Assembly (NCBI RefSeq): GCF_053078305.1
Contig: NZ_CP166879.1
Length of the DNA: 64,000 nt
Strand: one strand, 5' to 3'
The translations under genes and the position numbers were made by a program. The notes beneath the pieces were generated by a model. That model ran no database searches, was not told where the DNA came from, and worked only from the letters and a program-made list of their open reading frames with translations. How positions within the stretch are numbered: position 1 is the first letter of the stretch; each line of letters begins with the position of its first letter. Below are positions 1-13,984 of the stretch, piece by piece.

Positions 1-403
1 ATTGACCGAGCGTAAGGGTTTTCAGCATCATGCTTTTCACCGTGTTGAGCACTTCAACATTGGCCTGATAGCTGCGTGACGCCGACATGGTGTTAACCAT
101 CTCTCCGACAACATCAACGTTCGGCATTTTTACGTAGCCCTTTGCATCCGCCAGCGGATTACCCGGTTCATAAACCAGTTTGTCCGGGGCCTGACTTTCT
201 ATAACATCGGCAACCTTTACGCCGCCTGTCGCAGCACCTGGTGCAGCGTTAACCTGAAATACCACCTGTTTTGCCCGATATGGCTGTCCATCGGGACCGG
301 TCACGCTATCAGCATTCGCCAGATTACTGGCCGCCACGTTCAGGCGCTGGGACTGGGCAGTTAACGCCGATCCGGCGATATCAAAAATATTCAGCAGTGC
401 CAT
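1..403 (-). CDS. flgC: Flagellar basal-body rod protein FlgC (partial; window begins at the stop codon)
   Basis: Minus-strand frame starts at ATG 403..401 and translates [11 protein letters not shown]...; ends ...LTLGQ at position 2. Sits directly upstream of flgB as in the flgBCDEFG operon. Confidence 0.85.
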
Positions 404-406
404 CCG

Positions 407-823
407 TTAATTTCCGCTCTGTAAAACGTTCATCATGCCTTTGATTTGCCCGCTCAACGCACTAAGGCTCATCTGGTATTGCAGGCTGTTATCGGCAAAC
501 TGGGTGCGTTCGCGATCCATATCGACGGTATTACCGTCAAGCGAAGGCTGGTCCGGAATACGGTATTGCAGTTCTGCGGTAGGAGGCGTCAGCGCCTGCG
601 CCGGAATGTGTTGCGTTGAGGTCATCGTCAGAGCAACCACACTGGTTGCATCCCGTCCACGTTGCATGACTTTTTTAAGTTCACTGGCAAAATCGATATC
701 GCGCGCCTGATAACCAGGGGTATCGGCATTGGCGATGTTTGCTGCCAGCACTTCCTGACGCTGGGCGCGCAGATTGAGCGCCTCTTGTTGAAAACGTAAG
801 GCGGCGTCGAGCTTATCGAGCAT
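407..823 (-). CDS. flgB: Flagellar basal-body rod protein FlgB
   Basis: 138-aa ORF ([42 protein letters not shown]...), rod-protein N-terminal motif; divergent from flgA. Confidence 0.92.
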
Positions 824-977
824 ATCTCCTCCGCAGGTATCAAAATTCTGCCATCAGCTTAAATGCCTTTACGCGCGCGTTATCGGCGGAATAAACGCAA
901 AATGGGTCGCTATTTATGCCGTTGATGGTCATTGCGGACAGGTACAATTCACGTTGTAGAAATGGCTGGGGGCGAAA

Positions 978-1637
978 ATGCTGGCAATAAAACGTAGCGT
1001 GGCGATCATCGCGATACTGTTCAGTCCGTTAAGTGCGGCGAGCAATCTCACATCGCAATTGCAAACCTTTTTTAGCTCCCAGCTCGCAGGGATAAGTGAT
1101 GAGGTTCGTGTTTCTATTCGTACAGCGCCCAATCTACTACCGCCGTGCGAGCAGCCATTGCTTTCGATGAGCAATAATTCCCGCCTGTGGGGCAATGTGA
1201 ATGTGTTGGCACGCTGCGGTAACGACAAACGATATTTACAGGTTAATGTGCAGGCCACAGGAAATTATGTGGTTGCCGCGATGCCCATTGTGCGGGGAGG
1301 AAAGCTGGAAGCTGGCAATGTCAAACTAAAACGCGGACGGCTGGATACCCTGCCACCGCGTACGGTGCTGGATATCAATCAACTTGTTGATGCCGTTAGC
1401 CTGCGCGATCTATCACCCGATCAACCTATCCAGTTAACCCAGTTTCGCCAGGCATGGCGGGTAAAAGCGGGACAACGCGTCAATGTGATCGCCAGCGGTG
1501 ATGGGTTTAGCGCCAACGCTGAAGGTCAGGCGCTGAACAATGCATCCGTCGCACAGAATGCGCGGGTGCGCATGGTATCTGGACAGGTAGTCAGCGGCGT
1601 TGTTGATGCAGATGGGAATATTCTTATAAACCTGTAA
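978..1637 (+). CDS. flgA: Flagellar P-ring assembly chaperone FlgA
   Basis: 219-aa ORF with signal peptide, divergent from flgB; length and position match FlgA. Confidence 0.9.
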   Translation: MLAIKRSVAIIAILFSPLSAASNLTSQLQTFFSSQLAGISDEVRVSIRTAPNLLPPCEQPLLSMSNNSRLWGNVNVLARCGNDKRYLQVNVQATGNYVVAAMPIVRGGKLEAGNVKLKRGRLDTLPPRTVLDINQLVDAVSLRDLSPDQPIQLTQFRQAWRVKAGQRVNVIASGDGFSANAEGQALNNASVAQNARVRMVSGQVVSGVVDADGNILINL

Positions 1638-1642
1638 GCTGT

Positions 1643-1669
1643 TAAAGATTACCCGTCCCTTGCCGATAA
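1643..1669 (+). promoter_or_regulatory. Sigma-28 (FliA) class-3 promoter for flgMN
   Basis: TAAAGATT-N11-GCCGATAA, a near-perfect match to the sigma-28 consensus TAAAGTTT-N11-GCCGATAA, ~45 bp upstream of the flgM start. Confidence 0.75.
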
Positions 1670-1712
1670 ATAAGCAACACATGATAAAAGCGCCCTCAAT
1701 GAGGAATAAACC

Positions 1713-2006
1713 ATGAGTATTGATCGCACTTCGCCTCTGAAGCCCGTAAGCACCGTTCAACCGCGCGAAACCACTGACGCGCCGGTAACGAACACCCGGG
1801 CGGCAAAAACAACAGCATCCACCAGCACCAGTGTGACGTTAAGCGACGCGCAAGCAAAACTGATGCAACCCGGCAGCAGTGATATCAATCTTGAACGTGT
1901 CGAAGCGTTAAAACTGGCGATTCGTAACGGTGAACTAAAAATGGACACCGGCAAAATTGCCGATGCGCTGATCAACGAAGCGCAGCAAGACTTGCAGAGT
2001 AATTAA
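1713..2006 (+). CDS. flgM: Anti-sigma-28 factor FlgM
   Basis: 97-aa ORF ([25 protein letters not shown]...), expected size and position between flgA and flgN. Confidence 0.92.
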   Translation: MSIDRTSPLKPVSTVQPRETTDAPVTNTRAAKTTASTSTSVTLSDAQAKLMQPGSSDINLERVEALKLAIRNGELKMDTGKIADALINEAQQDLQSN

Positions 2007-2010
2007 TCGT

Positions 2011-2427
2011 ATGACGCGTCTTGCAGAGATCCTCGACCAGATGTCCGCTGTGCTTAACGATCTCAAAACGGTAATGGATCAAGAGCAGCAACATCTCTCT
2101 ATGGGGCAGATCAACGGCAGCCAGTTGCAATGGATTACAGAACAAAAAAGCTCACTGCTGGCAACGTTGGATTACCTCGAACAGTTACGCAGGAAAGAAC
2201 CCAATACAGCAAATAGCGTTGATATTAGTCAACGCTGGCAGGAAATTGCTGTGAAAACGCAGCAACTACGCCAAATGAATCAACATAACGGCTGGTTACT
2301 GGAAGGACAGATTGAGCGCAATCAACAGGCGCTGGAAATGTTGAAACCGCATCAGGAACCGACGCTATATGGGGCGAACGGTCAGACCTCAACAACCCAT
2401 CGCGGCAGTAAAAAGATTTCGATCTGA
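2011..2427 (+). CDS. flgN: Flagellar export chaperone FlgN
   Basis: 138-aa ORF starting 5 nt after flgM, typical flgMN arrangement. Confidence 0.9.
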   Translation: MTRLAEILDQMSAVLNDLKTVMDQEQQHLSMGQINGSQLQWITEQKSSLLATLDYLEQLRRKEPNTANSVDISQRWQEIAVKTQQLRQMNQHNGWLLEGQIERNQQALEMLKPHQEPTLYGANGQTSTTHRGSKKISI

Positions 2428-2466
2428 AGATTATCTCCGGCCTGCACTGCAGGCCGGAATGCATTG

Positions 2467-4089
<1,623 letters not shown>

Positions 4090-4111
4090 CTACCGCCAGA
4101 TGTTACAGGGT

Positions 4112-5035
4112 TTATTCACTCATCGCATCGCGCCAGATCTTGTCAACGATACGTTGCGCCAGCACTGCCTGTTCGCCGGCGGTTTGCGGAACTGTCTGAT
4201 TTTGCACACATTCAATGAAGTGCCGCGCACAGCCGACAAATCCACGTTGCTCAAGCGTGCTCTGCCAACCAGGAATCGGTTTATTCACTACACCCTGCCC
4301 ACGCTCCTCACGCCATTCGCGCATTTCCGTAATGTCGATGAGCGCACCGTCAGTCACGGCCTGCACGGTTTCACGCTGACTTCCGGCACGGCGATGCATA
4401 CAGGTGGTGATCTGCAAAGGACCGGCCGAAAAATGGTGCTCGGCAAACAGCATTTCGCCAGCGTCGTTAGTCAGTAGCGTACCGCCATCCAGAGAGGCTT
4501 TGCCGCCCGACAACCACAGCGCGGTATCCACCACATGCAGATAATCATCCAGCAACGTGAAATAAAGATCGTGTGGCCCGACGCTATTGCTACGATGTTT
4601 ATCCATTCTTAGCGAGGCTGCGGTGGCGAGTTGCGTTTTTAACTCACCGTAGAGTGGTGCGAAACGACGGTTAAAACCGACCATCAACGTCAGTTTTTTC
4701 CGCGCCGCCAGTTCCACCAGCCGTTCAGCATCGCGCAGATTTTCTGCCAGCGGTTTATCGACACAGACATGTACCCCCGCATTGAGTAACGTACTGACCA
4801 CGTCAAAGTGACTGGCGGTGCTGGAATGTACAAAAACCGCATCGCAACTGGCGGCAAGGCTGGATAACGAATCGGCATAAGGAATGCGCCAGCTTTCACA
4901 AATTGGCAGGGCTTTCGCGCGCGTAGGCGACCAGGCTCCTTGTAACGTCCAGTCAGACGCTGCCGCCAGCACCGGTAACCACGCTTTTTGCGCAATGCCG
5001 CCTAATCCCACTACGCCGATACGTAATTTTTTCAC
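4112..5035 (-). CDS. yceM: Gfo/Idh/MocA-family oxidoreductase YceM (MviM)
   Basis: Rossmann N-terminus KKLRIGVVGLGGIAQKAWLPVL; start placed at GTG 5035..5033 (track ORF extends 11 codons further). Start uncertain. Confidence 0.8.
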   Translation of the reverse strand: MKKLRIGVVGLGGIAQKAWLPVLAAASDWTLQGAWSPTRAKALPICESWRIPYADSLSSLAASCDAVFVHSSTASHFDVVSTLLNAGVHVCVDKPLAENLRDAERLVELAARKKLTLMVGFNRRFAPLYGELKTQLATAASLRMDKHRSNSVGPHDLYFTLLDDYLHVVDTALWLSGGKASLDGGTLLTNDAGEMLFAEHHFSAGPLQITTCMHRRAGSQRETVQAVTDGALIDITEMREWREERGQGVVNKPIPGWQSTLEQRGFVGCARHFIECVQNQTVPQTAGEQAVLAQRIVDKIWRDAMSE

Positions 5036-5036
5036 T

Positions 5037-6279
<1,243 letters not shown>

Positions 6280-6514
6280 TCTATACCTACTCCTTCCCGT
6301 AACGTCTTTAATACGCTGTAAGTATTACTATACCTGCGCAACCAGACCCTGTGAAAAGTCCAAAATGCCATTTTCTGCATTATTCACATATTTGATAAAA
6401 ACTCTCTATCAAAGCGACGTTTTGATAAAAAAATATTGTCCCCGAAGTGATGGGAAAAGTCTTAGCGGCAATGCAGAATAGAAAGTGCTCATCTTTTATT
6501 TCCCGGGAGGGGAA

Positions 6515-7723
6515 ATGTCCCGCGTGTCGCAGGCGAGGAACCTGGGTAAATATTTCCTGCTCATCGATAATATGCTGGTCGTGCTGGGGTTCTTTGTTGT
6601 CTTCCCGCTGATCTCTATCCGCTTCGTTGATCAAATGGGCTGGGCCGCCGTCATGGTCGGTATTGCTCTCGGTCTACGCCAGTTTATTCAGCAAGGTCTG
6701 GGTATTTTCGGCGGCGCAATTGCCGACCGCTTTGGTGCCAAACCGATGATTGTTACCGGTATGCTGATGCGCGCCGCCGGATTCGCCACAATGGGTATCG
6801 CCCACGAACCGTGGCTATTGTGGTTTTCATGCCTGCTCTCGGGACTCGGCGGCACGTTGTTTGATCCGCCGCGTTCGGCGCTGGTGGTGAAACTAATCCG
6901 TCCACAACAGCGTGGTCGTTTTTTCTCGCTGTTGATGATGCAGGACAGTGCCGGTGCGGTCATTGGCGCATTGTTGGGGAGCTGGCTGTTGCAATACGAC
7001 TTTCGCCTGGTCTGCGCCACAGGGGCAGTTCTATTTGTGCTGTGTGCGGCGTTCAATGCGTGGTTGTTACCAGCATGGAAACTCTCCACCGTACGCACGC
7101 CCGTTCGCGAAGGCATGACCCGCGTGATGCGTGACAAGCGTTTTGTCACCTATGTTCTGACGCTGGCGGGTTACTACATGCTGGCTGTACAAGTGATGCT
7201 GATGCTGCCAATTATGGTCAACGACGTGGCTGGCGCGCCCTCTGCCGTTAAATGGATGTATGCCATTGAAGCGTGTCTGTCGTTAACGTTGCTCTACCCT
7301 ATCGCCCGCTGGAGTGAAAAGCATTTTCGTCTGGAACACCGGTTGATGGCTGGGCTGTTGATAATGTCATTAAGCATGATGCCGGTGGGCATGGTCAGCG
7401 GCCTGCAACAACTTTTCACCCTGATTTGTCTGTTTTATATCGGGTCGATCATTGCCGAGCCTGCGCGTGAAACCTTAAGTGCTTCGCTGGCGGACGCAAG
7501 AGCTCGCGGCAGCTATATGGGGTTTAGCCGTCTGGGTCTGGCGATTGGTGGCGCTATTGGTTATATCGGTGGCGGCTGGCTGTTTGACCTGGGCAAATCG
7601 GCGCACCAACCAGAGCTTCCGTGGATGATGCTGGGCATTATTGGCATCTTCACTTTCCTTGCGCTGGGCTGGCAGTTTAGCCAGAAACGCGCCGCGCGTC
7701 GTTTGCTGGAACGCGACGCCTGA
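6515..7723 (+). CDS. mdtH: MFS multidrug efflux transporter MdtH
   Basis: 402-aa 12-TM MFS protein starting [30 protein letters not shown] at 6515 preceded by a GGGAGGGG RBS. Confidence 0.88.
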
Positions 7724-7786
7724 TTTGATACTCCCCCCTGACTCCTCCATACTGAAAGTGAACTGACAGCCAAATGGAGGAGTCAC

Positions 7787-8434
7787 GTGAAGCTATACAT
7801 TTACGATCACTGCCCTTACTGCCTCAAAGCCCGCATGATTTTCGGCCTGAAAAATATCCCCGTCGAATTACATGTTCTGCTCAACGACGACGCAGAAACA
7901 CCCACCCGGATGGTCGGTCAAAAACAGGTTCCCATTCTGCAAAAAGATGACAGCCGCTATATGCCAGAAAGCATGGACATCGTTCACTATGTCGATAAAC
8001 TCGACGGCAAACCGTTACTGACCGGCAAACGTTCCCCTGCCATTGAAGAGTGGCTGCGCAAGGTCAATGGCTACGCCAACAAACTGCTGTTGCCGCGTTT
8101 TGCCAAATCGGCATTTGATGAGTTTTCTACTCCCGCCGCGCGCAAATATTTCGTCGACAAGAAAGAGGCCAGCGCGGGTAATTTTGCCGACCTGCTGGCC
8201 CACTCTGACGGTCTGATTAAGAATGTCAGCGATGATTTACGTGCGCTGGACAAACTGATCGTCAAACCGAACGCCGTGAATGGCGAACTTTCGGAAGATG
8301 ATATTCAGCTATTCCCGCTACTGCGTAATCTGACGCTGGTAGCCGGAATTAACTGGCCAAGCCGCGTTGCTGATTACCGCGATAATATGGCGAAACAGAC
8401 ACAAATCAATTTGTTATCATCAATGGCGATTTAA
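7787..8434 (+). CDS. grxB: Glutaredoxin 2
   Basis: 215-aa ORF with CPYC active site (MKLYIYDHCPYCLKARMIFG...); GTG start. Confidence 0.9.
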   Translation: MKLYIYDHCPYCLKARMIFGLKNIPVELHVLLNDDAETPTRMVGQKQVPILQKDDSRYMPESMDIVHYVDKLDGKPLLTGKRSPAIEEWLRKVNGYANKLLLPRFAKSAFDEFSTPAARKYFVDKKEASAGNFADLLAHSDGLIKNVSDDLRALDKLIVKPNAVNGELSEDDIQLFPLLRNLTLVAGINWPSRVADYRDNMAKQTQINLLSSMAI

Positions 8435-8567
8435 TCCTGACCCGCTGCGGCAGCCTGTATTCGCGGGTTGCCGCCGTTTTCAGTTTTTTCTGCTGGCGAG
8501 TTTATCGCTGGTGACACATGCTGCGTTGTGTCAGGATATTGACGCAGATTTCATGTCGAGGACTACC

Positions 8568-9128
8568 ATGAACAAGTTTTTATTTGCCGCTGCATTGATC
8601 GTCAGTGGCCTGCTCGTTGGCTGTAATCAACTCACCCAATACACCATCACCGAACAAGAAATTAACCAGTCGCTTGCGAAACATAATAATTTCTCAAAAG
8701 ATATCGGTTTACCCGGCGTGGCTGACGCCCATATTGTTCTGACAAACCTGACCAGCCAAATTGGTCGCGAAGAGCCGAATAAGGTTACCCTAACCGGAGA
8801 CGCCAATCTGGACATGAACTCCCTGTTCGGTAGTCAGAAAGCGACCATGAAACTGAAGCTGAAAGCGCTGCCCGTGTTTGATAAAGAAAAAGGTGCGATC
8901 TTCCTGAAAGAGATGGAGGTGGTCGATGCGACGGTACAACCGGAAAAAATGCAAACGGTGATGCAAACGTTGCTTCCCTATCTGAACCAGGCATTACGCA
9001 ATTACTTTAACCAGCAACCTGCTTACGTCCTGCGCGAAGATGGCAGCCAGGGCGAAGCAATGGCGAAAAAACTGGCGAAAGGCATTGAAGTGAAGCCAGG
9101 CGAAATTGTCATTCCATTTACTGATTAA
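8568..9128 (+). CDS. yceB: Lipoprotein YceB
   Basis: 186-aa product beginning MNKFLFAAALIVSGLLVGC (lipobox LVGC). The track ORF's 67-codon N-terminal extension was rejected. Confidence 0.85.
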   Translation: MNKFLFAAALIVSGLLVGCNQLTQYTITEQEINQSLAKHNNFSKDIGLPGVADAHIVLTNLTSQIGREEPNKVTLTGDANLDMNSLFGSQKATMKLKLKALPVFDKEKGAIFLKEMEVVDATVQPEKMQTVMQTLLPYLNQALRNYFNQQPAYVLREDGSQGEAMAKKLAKGIEVKPGEIVIPFTD

Positions 9129-9132
9129 TCAC

Positions 9133-9159
9133 GAGGGCGCATTCGCGCCCTTTATTTTT
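9133..9159 (+). terminator. Rho-independent terminator downstream of yceB
   Basis: GGGCGC-ATTC-GCGCCC hairpin followed by TTTATTTTT. Confidence 0.6.
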
Positions 9160-9165
9160 CGTGCA

Positions 9166-9183
9166 AAGGAAAACGTTTCCGCT
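9166..9183. promoter_or_regulatory. PurR operator upstream of pyrC
   Basis: Palindromic core GGAAAACGTTTCC resembling the PurR box (ACGCAAACGTTTGCGT) ~55 bp upstream of pyrC, a known PurR-regulon member. Confidence 0.5.
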
Positions 9184-9233
9184 TATCCTTTGTGTCCGGC
9201 AAAAACATCCCTTCAGCCGGAGCATAGAGATTA

Positions 9234-10280
9234 ATGACTGCACCATCCCAGGTATTAAAGATCCGCCGCCCAGACGACTGGCACCTTCACCTCCGCGATG
9301 GCGACATGTTAAAAACTGTCGTGCCGTATACCAGCGAAATTTATGGACGGGCTATCGTAATGCCCAATCTGGCTCCGCCCGTGACCACCGTTGAGGCTGC
9401 CGTGGCGTATCGCCAACGTATTCTTGACGCCGTACCTGCCGGGCACGATTTCACCCCATTGATGACCTGTTATTTAACAGATTCGCTGGATCCTAATGAG
9501 CTGGAGCGCGGATTTAACGAAGGCGTGTTCACCGCTGCAAAACTTTACCCGGCAAACGCAACCACTAACTCCAGCCACGGCGTGACGTCAATTGACGCAA
9601 TCATGCCGGTACTTGAGCGCATGGAAAAAATCGGTATGCCGCTACTGGTGCATGGTGAAGTGACACATGCAGATATCGACATTTTTGATCGTGAAGCGCG
9701 CTTTATAGAAAGCGTGATGGAACCTCTGCGCCAGCGCCTGACTGCGCTGAAAGTCGTTTTTGAGCACATCACCACCAAAGATGCTGCCGACTATGTCCGT
9801 GACGGAAATGAACGGCTGGCTGCTACCATCACTCCGCAACATCTGATGTTTAACCGCAACCATATGCTGGTTGGTGGCGTGCGTCCGCACCTGTATTGTC
9901 TACCCATCCTCAAACGCAATATTCACCAACAGGCACTGCGTGAACTGGTCGCCAGCGGTTTTAATCGAGTATTCCTCGGTACGGATTCTGCGCCACATGC
10001 ACGTCATCGCAAAGAGAGCACCTGCGGCTGCGCGGGCTGCTTCAACGCCCCAACCGCGCTGGGCAGTTACGCTACCGTCTTTGAAGAGATGAATGCTCTG
10101 CAGCACTTTGAAGCATTCTGTTCTGTAAATGGCCCGCAGTTCTATGGGTTGCCGGTCAACGACACATTCATCGAACTGGTACGTGAAGAGCATCAGGTTG
10201 CTGAAAGCATCGCACTGACAGATGACACGCTGGTGCCATTCCTCGCCGGGGAAACGGTACGCTGGTCCGTTAAACAATAA
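9234..10280 (+). CDS. pyrC: Dihydroorotase
   Basis: 348-aa ORF ([26 protein letters not shown]...) with the metal-binding HxH motif; synteny. Confidence 0.93.
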   Translation: MTAPSQVLKIRRPDDWHLHLRDGDMLKTVVPYTSEIYGRAIVMPNLAPPVTTVEAAVAYRQRILDAVPAGHDFTPLMTCYLTDSLDPNELERGFNEGVFTAAKLYPANATTNSSHGVTSIDAIMPVLERMEKIGMPLLVHGEVTHADIDIFDREARFIESVMEPLRQRLTALKVVFEHITTKDAADYVRDGNERLAATITPQHLMFNRNHMLVGGVRPHLYCLPILKRNIHQQALRELVASGFNRVFLGTDSAPHARHRKESTCGCAGCFNAPTALGSYATVFEEMNALQHFEAFCSVNGPQFYGLPVNDTFIELVREEHQVAESIALTDDTLVPFLAGETVRWSVKQ

Positions 10281-10314
10281 AAATCGTAGCTTCCTGTTGT
10301 CATTAGGTTATTTT

Positions 10315-10334
10315 ACCTGTATAAATAACCAGTA
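10315..10334. promoter_or_regulatory. LexA (SOS) box of dinI
   Basis: CTGT-ATAAATAA-CCAG, matching CTGT-N8-ACAG, immediately upstream of dinI. Confidence 0.75.
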
Positions 10335-10353
10335 TATTCAACAGGGGGCTATT

Positions 10354-10599
10354 ATGCGAATTGAAGTCACCATAGCGAAAACTTCTCCATTGCCAGCTGG
10401 GGCTATTGACGCCCTGGCTGGCGAACTTTCCCGCCGTATTCAGTATGCGTTTCCTGATAATGAAGGCCACGTATCGGTACGTTACGCCGCAGCGAATAAT
10501 TTATCGGTTATTGGCGCGACAAAAGAAGATAAACAGCGCATTAGCGAAATTCTCCAGGAAACGTGGGAAAGCGCCGATGACTGGTTTGTCAGCGAATAA
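10354..10599 (+). CDS. dinI: DNA-damage-inducible protein I
   Basis: 81-aa ORF (MRIEVTIAKTSPLPAGAIDALAGELSRRIQYAFPDNEGHVSV...) preceded by the SOS box. Confidence 0.9.
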   Translation: MRIEVTIAKTSPLPAGAIDALAGELSRRIQYAFPDNEGHVSVRYAAANNLSVIGATKEDKQRISEILQETWESADDWFVSE

Positions 10600-10620
10600 T
10601 ATGCAGTGATTTTTGTTTTT

Positions 10621-10648
10621 GCCGGGTCGCCCCGGCTTTTTTATTTTA
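10621..10648 (+). terminator. Rho-independent terminator downstream of dinI
   Basis: GCCGGG-TCGC-CCCGGC hairpin followed by TTTTTTATTTT. Confidence 0.65.
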
Positions 10649-10885
10649 CTTACGAATTTTGAGTACAAAATTTCTACACTTCCTCAAAATAATTGCACAA
10701 TATGCTAAAAAAATATGAATGACATGCTGTTTTATTGTTCATATAAATCTTAAAAGCAGAAATTTATCTGTTTCCCCCTTTAAAAATTCGGTGAATACCC
10801 TTACTTATTGGTATACTGAAGTTGCTTCAGATAAAAACGCATTGAACCTCGAATAACGTTGTCTAGTAACACGAATTAGGGGGCC

Positions 10886-11143
10886 ATGATGGAAAAAAAT
10901 AATGAAGTCATTCAGACTCATCCGCTCGTAGGGTGGGACATCAGCACCGTTGATAGCTATGATGCGCTGATGTTGCGTTTGCACTACCAGACCCCAAATA
11001 AGTCCGAGCAGGAAGGGACTGAAGTTGGTCAGACGCTCTGGTTAACCACTGATGTTGCCAGACAATTTATTTCGATATTAGAAGCAGGAATCGCCAAAAT
11101 TGAATCCGGTGATTTCCCGGTAAACGAGTATCGGCGTCATTAA
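10886..11143 (+). CDS. bssS: Biofilm regulator BssS (YceP)
   Basis: 85-aa ORF (MMEKNNEVIQTHPLVGWDISTVDSYDALMLRLHYQTPNK...); position between dinI and solA. Confidence 0.85.
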   Translation: MMEKNNEVIQTHPLVGWDISTVDSYDALMLRLHYQTPNKSEQEGTEVGQTLWLTTDVARQFISILEAGIAKIESGDFPVNEYRRH

Positions 11144-11257
11144 CATGACATGACCATCCACCCAAAAGGCACCTCACCGGTGCCTTTACCATTTCTGGGT
11201 TGTATATCTGCATTCAGTTAATTACTCTGCTTAAACCATGAGAGCAGAGAGAAAAAA

Positions 11258-12376
11258 ATGAAATACGATCTCATCATTATTGGCAGCGGTTCCGTAGGCG
11301 CTGCCGCCGGGTATTATGCAACCCGCGCCGGTTTAAACGTGCTTATGACCGACGCCCATATGCCACCACATCAACACGGCAGCCACCACGGCGATACGCG
11401 ATTAATTCGCCATGCTTATGGTGAAGGCGAAAAGTATGTCCCACTGGTCCTCCGCGCGCAAACACTGTGGGATGAGCTCTCCCGCCACAACGAAGATGAT
11501 CCCATTTTTGTACGCTCTGGTGTCATTAACCTCGGCCCGGCTGACTCCGCATTTCTCGCCAACGTCGCCCACAGCGCCGAACAGTGGCAACTCAACGTTG
11601 AAAAGCTCGATGCGCAAGGGATTATGGCCCGCTGGCCAGAAATACGCGTCCCGGACAATTACATCGGCTTATTTGAGACTGATTCCGGTTTTTTGCGCAG
11701 CGAACTGGCGATTAAAACCTGGATCCAACTGGCGAAGGAAGCGGGCTGTGCGCAACTGTTCAACTGCCCGGTCACCGCAATTCGTCATGACGATGATGGC
11801 GTAACTATTGAAACGGCTGACGGTGAGTATCAGGCGAAAAAAGCGATTGTCTGCGCGGGAACATGGGTAAAAGACCTGCTCCCGGAGCTGCCTGTCCAGC
11901 CCGTACGTAAAGTATTTGCCTGGTATCAGGCCGATGGCCGCTATAGCGTGAAGAATAAATTCCCGGCGTTTACCGGTGAACTGCCCAATGGCGATCAATA
12001 TTATGGTTTTCCGGCAGAAAACGACGCGTTGAAGATTGGCAAACATAACGGAGGCCAGGTTATCCATTCAGCGGATGAACGTGTTCCGTTTGCGGAAGTG
12101 GCCAGTGATGGGTCAGAAGCCTTCCCGTTCTTGCGCAATGTATTGCCGGGTATCGGTTGCTGCCTGTACGGCGCTGCCTGCACCTATGATAATTCGCCTG
12201 ACGAAGATTTTATTATCGATACCCTACCCGGCCACGATAATACACTGCTCATTACCGGCCTGAGTGGGCACGGTTTTAAATTTGCGTCAGTTTTAGGGGA
12301 AATAGCTGCCGATTTTGCGCAAGACAAAAAAAGCGATTTTGATTTGACGCCATTCAGGCTTTCCCGCTTCCAATAA
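11258..12376 (+). CDS. solA: N-methyl-L-tryptophan oxidase
   Basis: 372-aa FAD oxidase with N-terminal GxGxxG ([16 protein letters not shown]); synteny. Confidence 0.9.
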
Positions 12377-12423
12377 TCATCATTACGGCCTCCAGAATGA
12401 GGCCGTTTTTACAGGAGTATTTA

Positions 12424-12537
12424 ATGCGTCGGCTGTTGCACTATCTCATCAATAATATTCGCGAGCATCTGATGCTTTATCTTTTTCTCTGGGGATTGTT
12501 GGCAATTATGGATCTGATCTATGTGTTTTATTTTTAG
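12424..12537 (+). CDS. yceO: Small hydrophobic protein YceO
   Basis: 37-codon [40 protein letters not shown], not in the track (too short); matches the small gene I recall between solA and yceJ. Confidence 0.5.
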
Positions 12538-12797
12538 TTTTCCGCACTGACATAAACTGACAAATATTTAATCTCCCTTTCATTTAGCGTGAAAAATTGA
12601 ATGAGATTATTCCTGCTTCTACAGCACTCACCAGACATCTCTGATGCTGAACCCACTAAACTTATGAAGATTCTTTCATTATTAATTCAAAATTATTGAA
12701 ATAAAAATAAATATCATTCAATTTGTTATTTTTGTGTTGCAATTCATTCTCCGACACGCCATTTTCTTTCTCTCGCAAATTCGTTTTGGATGCACTT

Positions 12798-13364
12798 ATG
12801 TCATTCACAAATACCCCTGAACGCTATGGTGTTATATCTGCGGCCTTCCATTGGCTAAGCGCAATTATTGTCTACGGCATGTTTGCTTTAGGTCTGTGGA
12901 TGGTCACGCTCAGTTATTACGATGGCTGGTATCACAAAGCACCCGAACTGCATAAAAGCATCGGTATTTTGTTAATGATGGGGCTGGTTATTCGCGTTCT
13001 GTGGCGCGTCATATCTCCACCGCCGGGTCCGCTGCCGAGTTATTCGCCCATGACTCGTCTTGCCGCAAAAGCTGGACATCTCGCATTGTACCTATTGCTG
13101 TTCGCCATCGGCATCAGCGGCTATCTGATCTCAACTGCCGATGGTAAACCGATCAGCGTTTTTGGCTGGTTTGACGTCCCCGCGACCCTTGCCGACGCTG
13201 GCGCACAGGCAGACTTTGCCGGTGCCCTGCATTTTTGGCTCGCGTGGAGCGTCGTAGTACTGTCCGTTATGCACGGATTTATGGCCCTGAAGCATCATTT
13301 CATCGATAAAGACGACACTCTGAAGCGCATGCTGGGAAAGTCGTCATCTGACTATGGAGTATAA
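12798..13364 (+). CDS. yceJ: Cytochrome b561-family protein YceJ
   Basis: 188-aa membrane protein starting MSFTNTPERYGVISAAFHWLSAIIVYG; track ORF's 25-codon extension trimmed. Confidence 0.85.
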   Translation: MSFTNTPERYGVISAAFHWLSAIIVYGMFALGLWMVTLSYYDGWYHKAPELHKSIGILLMMGLVIRVLWRVISPPPGPLPSYSPMTRLAAKAGHLALYLLLFAIGISGYLISTADGKPISVFGWFDVPATLADAGAQADFAGALHFWLAWSVVVLSVMHGFMALKHHFIDKDDTLKRMLGKSSSDYGV

Positions 13365-13367
13365 AAA

Positions 13368-13943
13368 ATGAAAAAAAGCCTGCTTGGTTTAACCTTCGCG
13401 TCCCTGATGTTCTCTGCCGGTTCAGCGGTTGCCGCCGATTACAAAATTGACAAAGAAGGTCAGCACGCCTTTGTTAACTTCCGCATCCAGCATCTTGGCT
13501 ATAGCTGGTTATACGGCACCTTTAAAGATTTCGACGGTACTTTTACCTTTGATGAAAAAAATCCGGCTGCCGATAAAGTGAATGTGACAATTAACACCAC
13601 CAGCGTCGATACTAACCACGCCGAACGCGATAAACATCTTCGCAGTGCGGATTTTCTCAATACCGCAAAATATCCACAGGCAACATTCACCTCCACCAGC
13701 GTGAAGAAAGACGGTGACGAACTGGATATTACCGGCGATCTGACGCTGAATGGTGTAACCAAACCCGTCACGCTGGAAGCGAAATTAATTGGTCAGGGCG
13801 ACGACCCATGGGGTGGTAAACGTGCAGGCTTCGAGGCCGAAGGCAAAATTAAGCTCAAGGACTTCAATATCAAGACAGATTTAGGTCCAGCTTCTCAGGA
13901 AGTGGATCTGATTATTTCAGTGGAAGGCGTACAGCAGAAGTAA
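13368..13943 (+). CDS. yceI: Periplasmic polyisoprenoid-binding protein YceI
   Basis: 191-aa ORF with signal peptide, starting 4 nt after yceJ (operon). Confidence 0.88.
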
Positions 13944-13984
13944 GAGTGAAATGTTGCCGGATGGCACGCATCCGGCAATGATAT

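Noticed and set aside
6688-7149. 153-aa minus-strand ORF inside mdtH
   Set aside because: Antisense to a well-supported 12-TM transporter gene; Arg/Pro/Ser-rich composition typical of GC-rich antisense frames.
8367-8567. N-terminal 67-codon extension of yceB in the track ORF
   Set aside because: Extension overlaps the grxB 3' end and lacks a signal peptide; the internal Met gives a canonical lipoprotein signal peptide with lipobox.
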